DNA from: a virus
IMG/VR virus record: IMGVR_UViG_3300036766_001793
Span: 64,001 to 128,000 of that record
Length of the DNA stretch: 64,000 nt
Reading direction: 5' to 3' (one strand)
Shown here: positions 36,381 to 43,117 of the stretch, one piece after another
Position numbering within the stretch: the stretch's first letter is position 1
Layout of the letters: each line of letters starts with the position of its first letter
Position numbers and translations under genes: made by a program
Notes under the pieces: model-generated
What the model was told of the DNA's origin: nothing
Seen by the model: only the letters and a program-made list of their open reading frames with translations
The model's database searches: none

Positions 36381-37251
36381 ATGCCCTGTACCTGTTCTTC
36401 CCGGTCCCGCCCTCGTGGGCGATCCGGTGGTACTTCATGTACTCGCACGTCCAGTGCTCCACGGCGGAGAGGCCGAGCCTGCCTCGGCCCTCTGCCGCGA
36501 CCGACGCGAAGTCAAGCCCGAGCCCGCCGAGCGTCTCGTCCTGGAGGTCCCTGAGCTGGGCCATGCACGTCACGGCCTCCCCCGGGGTGACCCGCCTGCC
36601 GAACAGCACCCCAAGCCCGCCGAGCGCGCCTGGCCCCGCCAGGGCCCACTCGTCCACGGAGGCCTGGGTCGCCGGCCTGGGGCCGTACGTCAGGTCCTGC
36701 GCCATCTGGTACCCGAGGAAGTTCCCGACGCCCGGGAGGCACCTCATGTGCTCGAAGACGTCCTGGAGGTCGGTCATCCTCTCCAGCCTCTTGGCCAGCG
36801 GGCCGGCGACCGACACCACGACCGGGAGCGCCTCCACCACAGTCTTGAGCGAGGGGGTCATGTGCGCGCCGGTGAACAGAGGCCTCCCGCTCTGCCGGCG
36901 GGCGTCCATCCTCCCGGCGAGCCACCCCTGGTCGAGGGCCTCGAGCCTGAGGAACCTGCCGCCGGTGACCTCCTCCCAGGAGTCCCGGTTGTTGAGCTCG
37001 CGGTAGAGCCACACGTTGAACACCGTGTCCGGCGCCTCGGCCCCGTCCTCCGCCGCGTCGGCCATCGCCCTCACTAGCCTGACCGTGCCGGCGTCCAGCT
37101 CCCGGAAGACGTTGGTGAACCGCCACTCCAGGAAGACCGGGTCCTCGGTCCACGGCGCCGGGAGGCCGTCCGCCCGGCGGCGCCAGATCGCCTGGCGCTC
37201 GTGGGCCAGGCGGTAGAACTCGTCGAGCTTCTCCTGGACCGGCGGCTGCAT
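36379..37251 (-). CDS. 5-hmdU DNA kinase helical-domain family (aGPT-Pplase2-like)
   Basis: ERQAIW.RR..G.P.PWTEDPV...RFTNVFRELD...G.G.FLGYQ...D...GPGA..G...EHWTCEYMKY. Confidence 0.8.
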   Translation of the reverse strand: MQPPVQEKLDEFYRLAHERQAIWRRRADGLPAPWTEDPVFLEWRFTNVFRELDAGTVRLVRAMADAAEDGAEAPDTVFNVWLYRELNNRDSWEEVTGGRFLRLEALDQGWLAGRMDARRQSGRPLFTGAHMTPSLKTVVEALPVVVSVAGPLAKRLERMTDLQDVFEHMRCLPGVGNFLGYQMAQDLTYGPRPATQASVDEWALAGPGALGGLGVLFGRRVTPGEAVTCMAQLRDLQDETLGGLGLDFASVAAEGRGRLGLSAVEHWTCEYMKYHRIAHEGGTGKNRYRA

Positions 37252-37260
37252 GCCGCTAGC

Positions 37261-37377
37261 CTACCGGCACCGGTCGCACAGGGCCACGAAGCTCGTGGCG
37301 TAGTAGTCCGCGTGCTTGACCTCGAGGGTGTCGTCGTCGTGTCGCCCCAGAATGAGGCAAAGGATCAGTTTCTTCAT
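37261..37377 (-). CDS. Very small hypothetical protein (MKKLILCLILGRH...CDRC)
   Basis: Leaderless TATGCT. Confidence 0.4.
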   Translation of the reverse strand: MKKLILCLILGRHDDDTLEVKHADYYATSFVALCDRCR

Positions 37378-37460
37378 GCTAGCCAGCATACCGCGCCCTC
37401 GCCCCGTTCCCGCTAGGGAGGTCCGCACGATTTGCCTATGCCACCTATCGTTCCCGTCTA

Positions 37461-37550
37461 TGGAGGAAGGCGCGGGACTCGAACCCGCACGCCGGCTCGC
37501 CGCCGGCCTCACCGCTTTCGAGGCGGCGTACCACTCCCTTGGGGCCTTCC
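37461..37550 (-). tRNA. tRNA-Ser(CGA)
   Basis: Loop CU-CGA-AA, long variable arm, atypical D arm, CCA. Confidence 0.75.
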
Positions 37551-37716
37551 GTTACTCCGCCCTGAACTCCCTGAGGTCCGCCTGCCTCAAGACCCGGCGA
37601 CCGCTCCTGCGCGCCAGCTTCTTGTCCGCCCTGCTGTTTTCGAAGCACTTCCAAAAGATGCACCCGGCGTGCTTCGCGGAGACCTTCTTGTAGACGTCCT
37701 GCACGCGCCCATCCTA

Positions 37717-37806
37717 TGGAGGAAGGGAGGGGAGTCGAACCCCCACGCCCCTCTCGGGGCAACCCGCTCTCAAGGCGGGCGCCGCCACCGTTCGGCTGGC
37801 CCTTCC
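37717..37806 (-). tRNA. tRNA-Ser(UGA)
   Basis: Loop CU-UGA-GA, long variable arm, CCA. Confidence 0.85.
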
Positions 37807-37807
37807 G

Positions 37808-38206
37808 CTAGCCCCAGATGCTGGTGCGCCTCGGCATGTGCGGGCGTCCCGCCAGCTTCGTCCGGTCGAAGACGGGGAACACGAGCAACGGGCGCTCCGA
37901 CTGTGCCATCCCGTCCAGGAAGTACGCCTTCCAGATGTCGCCGCCGTCCTCGCCCAACCCGGTGAGTGTGATGAGCACCCCGGGGAGCTTGGCGGAGGCG
38001 GCGATCATGTCCTCCTCCCACTGGTACCACTTCAACTCGCTGGACGACCACCCGTCCCGGTCGAAGATCTCCTCCCCGAGGGCGGCGTGCAGTGCCTCAA
38101 TGTAGTCGGCCCTCGGCGCCTGCAACGGGAGGAGCGACGTGTGCCCGTCGAGCTCTTGGTCCGTGAGCGGCCTCAGCTCCACCCTGAACTGCGTGTGATA
38201 GCCCAT
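37808..38206 (-). CDS. Hypothetical phage protein (MGYHTQF...KWY.WEEDM...G.GE...DIWK)
   Basis: AAGGAG RBS. Confidence 0.65.
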   Translation of the reverse strand: MGYHTQFRVELRPLTDQELDGHTSLLPLQAPRADYIEALHAALGEEIFDRDGWSSSELKWYQWEEDMIAASAKLPGVLITLTGLGEDGGDIWKAYFLDGMAQSERPLLVFPVFDRTKLAGRPHMPRRTSIWG

Positions 38207-38220
38207 AGCTCGTCTCCTTG

Positions 38221-38313
38221 TGGAGGAAGGTAAGGGGTTCGAACCCTTGGGCCGCGCAAACCGCGACCACGCGCTTTCCAAGCGCGCCCGATAATCCCCT
38301 CCGGCAACCTTCC
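38221..38313 (-). tRNA. tRNA-Ser(GGA)
   Basis: Loop UU-GGA-AA, long variable arm, CCA. Confidence 0.85.
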
Positions 38314-38314
38314 A

Positions 38315-38533
38315 TCAGCGGCGGATCACGTGCCCGAAGTGCCAGTACCCGCACCCGTGCAGGTAGGCGGCCATCCCCGGGTTCTCGAAGACGGCCATGG
38401 CCGCCTCAGCGTCCTCTCGGACGTAGTAGCACCTCTTGTTGGCCTGGTCGCAGAGTATCCGACCGCCCTTGGCCACGTAGGCCTTGGGCTCGTCGTTGAT
38501 CCTACCGGGCCTGAGGTAGAACTCGATAGACAT
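38315..38533 (-). CDS. Small hypothetical protein (K.CY...A...Y...CG.WH)
   Basis: Leaderless TACCAT. Confidence 0.55.
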   Translation of the reverse strand: MSIEFYLRPGRINDEPKAYVAKGGRILCDQANKRCYYVREDAEAAMAVFENPGMAAYLHGCGYWHFGHVIRR

Positions 38534-38554
38534 GCGGACATGGTACCGAGATGC

Positions 38555-38629
38555 TGGTGGATCTGGCGAGAGTCGAACTCGCATTCCCTCGTTGCGACGG
38601 AGGTGTTCTCCCATTGCCACTACAGACCC
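38555..38629 (-). tRNA. tRNA-Ala(CGC)
   Basis: G3:U70, loop GU-CGC-AA, CCA. Confidence 0.8.
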
Positions 38630-38880
38630 AACTTGGAGGCTCTCCACTTCCTCATGGAGAGTTTGTGGCACTCGCGGCACTTGCGCTTCTCCACCCGACC
38701 ATCAGCTGGACTGGCCTGCGTCTGGCGGTGCGCTCCGCGTGTAAGGCGGCCGCCTTCGCATTCCCCCAAACTCGAGAACCAGGTCGCAGTGATCAATCCG
38801 CGCCTGGTTGCTTCTGCGAGCGGTTTTGTGCCCTGGCAACGCCCCGAGGGACGTTTGGCCATGCAGTTTCCACCGTTCTC
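38620..38880 (-). pseudogene. Probable degenerate HNH-endonuclease remnant
   Basis: ENGGNCMAKR and C-terminal RKCRECHKLSMRKWR resemble HNH C-terminal segments; no intact HNH core. Confidence 0.3.
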
Positions 38881-38883
38881 CTA

Positions 38884-38959
38884 TGGTCCCTCGTACCGGA
38901 GTCGAACCGGTCGTCTCCTACTCGACAGGCAGGCATGTTGGCCGATACACCAACGAGGG
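38884..38959 (-). tRNA. tRNA-Asp(GUC)
   Basis: Loop CU-GUC-GA, CCA. Confidence 0.85.
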
Positions 38960-39088
38960 GTGTCCCGACGCCCTGCGGGGGCTTCCCCGCACTCCCCGGC
39001 CCGGCGGCCATCCCTTCGCGGGGGCGTTGCGATGCGCCGCTGGCTCGGCTAAGTCCCGGGCTGCGCCCTGGTATCCGGCGGCGGCCCC

Positions 39089-39919
39089 TTAGTCCGGGGC
39101 GTCGGTGCTGTGGTGCCGGCAGAGGGATTCGAACCCCCAATGCGCGGACGCGCCTGCTCTACAGGCAGGTGCCCTTCCTACTGGGCGTCGCCGGCGTGCT
39201 GCCCCACGATGGGGTTGCCCTGGCGGAACTCCGAGAAGGACCTGGCCCTCCCGTCGCCCCCTGGCCCCGAAGAGCTCGAGCGGCGCGAGGCCGGCGGCCG
39301 GCCTCGATGCGGCGCTGAGCCTCTGGTCCACCACCTGGCGTCCCCTGAGGTTGCTGTAGCTGGTCAGCAGGATCTCGCCCCCGGCGACGTGGGCCCTCTT
39401 GTTGCTCCTGGCCTCGCCCCGCCACTGGGAGGCCGCCCTGGCGTCCCTCGGGTCGAGGAACAGGGTCGCGTCGCTCCACGGGCCGCCGTCCCTGGAGGAC
39501 CGGCCGTCCTTGAAGGAGTACGACCCGCCCATCTTGGTCCTGAAGCCTGTCTCGCCACGCTGCAGGCGGCCAGGCTCCTGCGTCGCGCTTGGCCCGCCGC
39601 TGGGCGGCCCAGGGCTCCTGTGGGCGGCGGCCGAGCCACTGGGCAGCTGGTCGGGCCGGGCCGCCTCCGGTTTCGGCCGCCCCTGGCCGAACCGCTCACC
39701 GCGTTCCCCGTACCGTTTCGCCCACTCCTGCCTGGCCCGCTCGCCTATCGCCCTGCCTGGGTGGCCCCCTGCCGGGGCCTCGTAGTACCGCCCGCCCCTC
39801 GGGCCGACCTTGACGTCGGCGCCTGCCGGGGCTCTGCCCCTCCTGCCGAGGTGCACGCGGTTGACCTCGCCGGAGAGCGCGATGACTGAGTCCAGGGTGG
39901 AGGCGAGGTCCATCCGCAT
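39089..39919 (-). CDS. GPRGG-motif protein; possible frameshift near the 3' end
   Basis: RVHLGRRGRAPAGADVKVGPRGGRYYE; the annotated frame runs through tRNA-Tyr. Confidence 0.55.
   Translation of the reverse strand: MRMDLASTLDSVIALSGEVNRVHLGRRGRAPAGADVKVGPRGGRYYEAPAGGHPGRAIGERARQEWAKRYGERGERFGQGRPKPEAARPDQLPSGSAAAHRSPGPPSGGPSATQEPGRLQRGETGFRTKMGGSYSFKDGRSSRDGGPWSDATLFLDPRDARAASQWRGEARSNKRAHVAGGEILLTSYSNLRGRQVVDQRLSAASRPAAGLAPLELFGARGRREGQVLLGVPPGQPHRGAARRRRPVGRAPACRAGASAHWGFESLCRHHSTDAPD
39111..39195 (-). tRNA. tRNA-Tyr(GUA)
   Basis: Loop CU-GUA-GA, long variable arm, CCA. Confidence 0.85.
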
Positions 39920-39960
39920 ACCATACCGCCGGCACCAACGGAATGGTACCCTTGTGCTGC

Positions 39961-40034
39961 TGGCTCCGGCGCAGGGAGTCGAACCCCGATGAACAGGTTA
40001 ACAGCCTGTCGTCTTACCCTTGGACGACGCCGGA
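39961..40034 (-). tRNA. tRNA-Asn(GUU)
   Basis: Loop CU-GUU-AA, CCA. Confidence 0.9.
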
Positions 40035-40054
40035 ATGCATAGCTGACGCTGCTT

Positions 40055-40122
40055 TGACGCGGGCCGTCCGTCTCGAGCGGACGCCTCCCCGAGGGGGTGT
40101 GCTGTCTTTACACCAGGCCTGC
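40055..40122 (-). ncRNA. tRNA-like RNA with collapsed anticodon loop
   Basis: GCAGGCC/GGCCCGC acceptor, GUGU-AAAGACA-GCAC D arm, CCCC-CUC-GGGG arm, GUCCG-CUCGAGA-CGGAC T arm, ends GUCA. Confidence 0.55.
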
Positions 40123-40125
40123 GCT

Positions 40126-40198
40126 TGGAACCCGCCGGCCGAGTCCAACGGCCACCTCCGGCCCCGCGGCCGGTGCGCTGACGCTACGCCAGACGGGT
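40126..40198 (-). ncRNA. tRNA-like RNA with 6-nt anticodon loop
   Basis: ACCCGUC/GGCGGGU-U-CCA, CCGGC-CGCGGG-GCCGG, T loop UUGGACU. Confidence 0.6.
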
Positions 40199-40203
40199 TG
40201 CTT

Positions 40204-40289
40204 TGGTCGAAGAGGAGGGGGTCGAACCCTCACGCCCTTCCGGGCACAGGCCTCTCATGCCTGCGCGTATGCCGTTTCGCCACTCTCCG
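40204..40289 (-). tRNA. tRNA-Leu(GAG)
   Basis: Loop AU-GAG-AG, long variable arm, CCA. Confidence 0.85.
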
Positions 40290-40499
40290 GTTCTTGTGGG
40301 GGCGCGCTGAGCTCCAGTTGCTTTACGCCAGCGGCCCTGTGGGGCCTGTACCTCCCCCTGCTTGGCTATGCCCGGGAGCCGTCCTCCGACCCGGTGGTCG
40401 CCGGGCGCGGCGGGCCCTTGGGCCCAGACGGCCCCTGCGGGGACGCCTGGGTCTGCGGCTCCGGGGCCTTCGGTCTCTCGAGCACCTGCGTCTGGGCCG

Positions 40500-40757
40500 T
40501 CATGCGGTCGCCGGCTTGGGCACGTTTCCGTACCAGCGCTCTATGACCTCCAGCGGGCGCCAGGCCTCTGCCGGGCACTCGGAGAACCCTTCCTGGGCCC
40601 GCCCGGTGAAGTTCACCCTCCGCTCGAGGCGGGCCGCCTGGAGCTCGGGGTACCTGTCGCAGTATTCGCAGGCCGCCGGCGCGTGGAGGACCTGCGCGTC
40701 GCAGTGCGGGAACGGCGCGTCGGAGTCGAACCCGTCGCGCTCCCTGGTGAATCTCAT
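40500..40757 (-). CDS. Hypothetical phage protein (FPHCD..VLHAP..CEYCD..P.LQ..R...VNFTG)
   Basis: AGGAG RBS. Confidence 0.6.
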   Translation of the reverse strand: MRFTRERDGFDSDAPFPHCDAQVLHAPAACEYCDRYPELQAARLERRVNFTGRAQEGFSECPAEAWRPLEVIERWYGNVPKPATA

Positions 40758-40778
40758 CTCGTGTTCTCCTACTCTTCT

Positions 40779-40853
40779 TGGTACCTCCGGCGGGATTCGA
40801 ACCTGCACTTCCTGGATTAAAAGTCCAGTACGCTGCCATTACGTCACAGAGGC
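40779..40853 (-). tRNA. tRNA-Lys(UUU)
   Basis: Loop CU-UUU-AA, CCA. Confidence 0.9.
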
Positions 40854-40866
40854 ACCTTACACATTC

Positions 40867-40942
40867 TGGAGCGGCCGGCGGGGCTCGAACCCGCGGTCTC
40901 CGCCTTGGCGAGGCGGCGCGCTGCCAGCTGCGCCACGGCCGC
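40867..40942 (-). tRNA. tRNA-Gly(GCC), C33
   Basis: Loop UC-GCC-AA, CCA. Confidence 0.85.
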
Positions 40943-41082
40943 GAAGGGGGGGCGCATTGCGCCCCCGGTGGAATCCTACTCCGGGGACTGGCCCCGTTTC
41001 AGATTCGCTATTGCGGGGGACCGCCTGCCCCTTCCCCACGCACTCCGGCCCCCTCACCTGCGGGGCCGGCCCCGGACTTCCT

Positions 41083-41159
41083 TGGTCAGTGAGGAGGGAG
41101 TCGAACCCACGGCCTCTTCGTCCCGAACGAAGCGCTCTGCCAGACTGAGCTACACACTG
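41083..41159 (-). tRNA. tRNA-Pro(CGG)
   Basis: Loop UU-CGG-GA, CCA. Confidence 0.9.
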
Positions 41160-41171
41160 ACATTCTAGGCC

Positions 41172-41330
41172 GCCACGCGGCTGGTCACCAATTTTGGTTC
41201 GGCCCTCGCCAGGCCCAGCGGCGGTCAAGCCTCTGGCTCTCCCCGGGTCGGGCCTCCCCTCAACGACTGTCGACCGTCCGACCCGGCCCGGTGACTAGCC
41301 GACACCTGGTCCTGACAGCCTCACGTAGCC
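41172..41330 (-). ncRNA. Candidate structured ncRNA, copy A (GGCYAGUCACCG family)
   Basis: Closing stem GCUACGUGAGGCUGUCA/UGACCAGCCGCGUGGC; CGGC-UA-GUCA/UGAC-C-GCCG; no credible ORF. Confidence 0.45.
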
Positions 41331-41430
41331 TAATCGGCAACGCCCGCTTCCCGCGCGCCGGTATGCCCTCTCGCTGGCCTCCGCCTGGCTGAGGCGCGCG
41401 ATCGGTCTTGGGAGGGGGCCGACCGCGCCG

Positions 41431-41486
41431 CGGCGGTCAACCCGCGAGGGCCGGCCCCCTCCCTCGGGGGCGGTGACTGGCCGCCG
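41431..41486 (-). ncRNA. Candidate structured ncRNA, copy B
   Basis: GCGGC-CA-GUCACCG...GUUGAC-C-GCCGC. Confidence 0.35.
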
Positions 41487-41518
41487 TCCTCTCATCAGTC
41501 CGATCCTAATACAACCTT

Positions 41519-41592
41519 TGGTCAGGGAGGAGGGGGACGATCCCTCTCCACGCGGTCCCAAACCGCGAATGCAGCCCCTACACCACTCCCTG
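41519..41592 (-). tRNA. tRNA-Pro(UGG)
   Basis: Loop UU-UGG-GA, atypical T loop AUCGUCC, CCA. Confidence 0.8.
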
Positions 41593-41645
41593 GTTAGCGT
41601 CGCCCAGTCCTACTCCGATATGGCCATCTCTCAAAGAGTACCGAG

Positions 41646-41750
41646 CTCTCGGTTGGGCCGCCCGCCAGCATCTCCCGGGGGGCGGTCGTCCCTCAGCGCC
41701 TTTCGCCCTCTCCCCGGCGTCGGTGACTGGCCGACACAGGTTACCGAGAG
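41646..41750 (-). ncRNA. Candidate structured ncRNA, copy C
   Basis: CUCUCGGU/ACCGAGAG closing stem; GUGUCGGCCAGUCACCG...CCGGG...CGAAAG.CGCUGAGGG...CCCGGGAGA, colinear with copy A. Confidence 0.45.
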
Positions 41751-41761
41751 ATCATCGCAAT

Positions 41762-41838
41762 TGGTCAAGCTGGCGGGGATCGAACCCACGGCCTCGTGAC
41801 CCCCAGTCACGCGCGCTGCCAAACTGCGCCACAGCCTG
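41762..41838 (-). tRNA. tRNA-Pro(GGG)
   Basis: Loop CU-GGG-GG, CCA. Confidence 0.9.
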
Positions 41839-42013
41839 ATGGCCCCGCGGCGCCAGGTTCGCCCCTGCAATCCCCCTCTTCGGGGGCCGGGGCCCTCCGG
41901 CCCTCGGGGCCGGCCTGGCGTGAAGGGAGTTACCGCCCGGCGGGGGGAGCTTGCCTTGCCACCCGCCGGGGGCCCGAGGTGGTCAGCGGACGGCAAGCCG
42001 CCCGCGGGGTTTC

Positions 42014-42087
42014 TGGGGTGCAGGACGGGATTCGAACCCGTATCAGCTGGGTCACAGCCGGCCGTTCTGCCCTTGAACTACCCGCAC
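42014..42087 (-). tRNA. tRNA-His(GUG), no encoded G-1
   Basis: Loop CU-GUG-AC, C73, U at position -1. Confidence 0.85.
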
Positions 42088-42188
42088 ATGGGGCCCCGTT
42101 GACTGCGGGCCCATTCCGCGACCGGCACGGAGCTCACACCGGCAGCTTGGCCTGGCCCTCGCGGACGCGTAGGAGGCTCTAAGGTGGA

Positions 42189-42262
42189 TGGTGGCCTCGA
42201 GGGGACTCGAACCCCTTCCTCGTCCTTGAGAGGGACGTGTCCTGCCGTTAGACCACGAGGCC
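42189..42262 (-). tRNA. tRNA-Glu(CUC)
   Basis: Loop CU-CUC-AA, CCA. Confidence 0.9.
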
Positions 42263-42299
42263 GCGGCCTGAGGCCGCGCTCTCGGCCTGGCTGGGTGGG

Positions 42300-42374
42300 T
42301 GGTGGTCCCGGCGGGGGTCGAACCCGCCCCTGGCGCTTGAAAGGCGCCCGTCCTGACCGCTAGACCACGGGACC
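42300..42374 (-). tRNA. tRNA-Glu(UUC)
   Basis: Loop CU-UUC-AA, CCA. Confidence 0.9.
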
Positions 42375-42537
42375 GTGGCTGCTTGCCCCCGGGTGAGCCA
42401 GTTCTTCGCTGGCGGCCGAGTCGGTACCGGTTTTCCCCGGGCGCAGTGGCCCGCCACTATTCGCGGCGCGGCGACTGGCGGCTCGTTCGGCCCTCCGACC
42501 GGGCCTGGCCGCTACGCTGCGCGCCGCTAGGCGGATG

Positions 42538-42612
42538 TGGTACCCGCGCCGGGAGTCGAACCCGGACCTCAACTTTAGGGGAGTTGCGTCCTATCCATTG
42601 GACCACGTGGGC
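42538..42612 (-). tRNA. tRNA-Arg(CCU), C33
   Basis: CAACU-CC-CCU-AA-AGUUG, CCA. Confidence 0.8.
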
Positions 42613-42632
42613 ATCTGTCTGGCGGCGGGGAT

Positions 42633-42765
42633 GGCGCCCCGCCGCGATCTGAAGGTTCCCGCTGAGACCAGCCCCGCGGGAAGTGACCCCCGGTGACTAC
42701 TAGCCGGCGGACTATACCCCCCTGGGGCCGTCCTGAACCGCGATCGGAGGGCGCCGCGCGCCCGC
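42633..42765 (-). ncRNA. Candidate structured ncRNA, copy D (rod-like)
   Basis: GGCGCC/GGCGCC and CGCGGUU/GAUCGCG closing stems; GGCUAGUAGUCACCG; UUCCCGC/GCGGGAA hairpin. Confidence 0.35.
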
Positions 42766-42771
42766 CTTCTC

Positions 42772-42846
42772 TGGTGCCCCAGGACGGAATCGAACCGCCT
42801 GCTCCCTCCGTGTAGAGGAGGAGCTCTTCCGGTGAGCTACTGGGGC
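42772..42846 (-). tRNA. tRNA-Val(UAC), C33
   Basis: Loop UC-UAC-AC, CCA. Confidence 0.8.
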
Positions 42847-42982
42847 GAGTCATCCCCCAGATAGTACCGGGGGCGGATTAGGTATTCGCGGGGCTCTCCG
42901 GCCCCTTGGCGGGCCGCCGGGCGGGGCGTAGCCCCGCCGCTGGCTGGTGTGAATCTGCCATAGCGACCCCTTTCGGCTTGAT

Positions 42983-43057
42983 TGGCAGGAGCGGCGGGAA
43001 TCGAACCCGCATCTTCAGTTTTGGAGACTGGCGCCCTAGCCTTTGGACGACGCACCT
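42983..43057 (-). tRNA. tRNA-Trp(CCA)
   Basis: Loop CU-CCA-AA, CCA. Confidence 0.9.
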
Positions 43058-43117
43058 ACTGCCTGAATGACAGGATACCGCGCCGGCCGCGGCTTGTACA
43101 CCCCGCCCGGGCGCTTT

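Noticed and set aside
40945-41082. RNase P RNA suggested by AGGAAGUCCGGG
   Set aside because: Too short, and lacks the 3' ACAGAA..CGGCUUA partner.
41489-41499. CUGAUGA hammerhead core on the minus strand
   Set aside because: No stem II followed by GAAA, and no compatible stems I/III.
42375-42535. Cobalamin riboswitch or SRP RNA (GCCACUG..GGGAA, AGCAG)
   Set aside because: Only isolated motif fragments are present; their order and the other conserved boxes are missing.
36224-42612. Amber suppressor (CUA) reading of the tRNAs at 36224 and 42538
   Set aside because: The stem register places the anticodons at UCU and CCU with C33. Shifting by one base breaks the stem, A20 supports Arg, and TAG is used as a normal stop in many genes.
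31100-43100. tmRNA
   Set aside because: No paired Ala-type 5' and 3' tRNA-like ends around a tag ORF were found.
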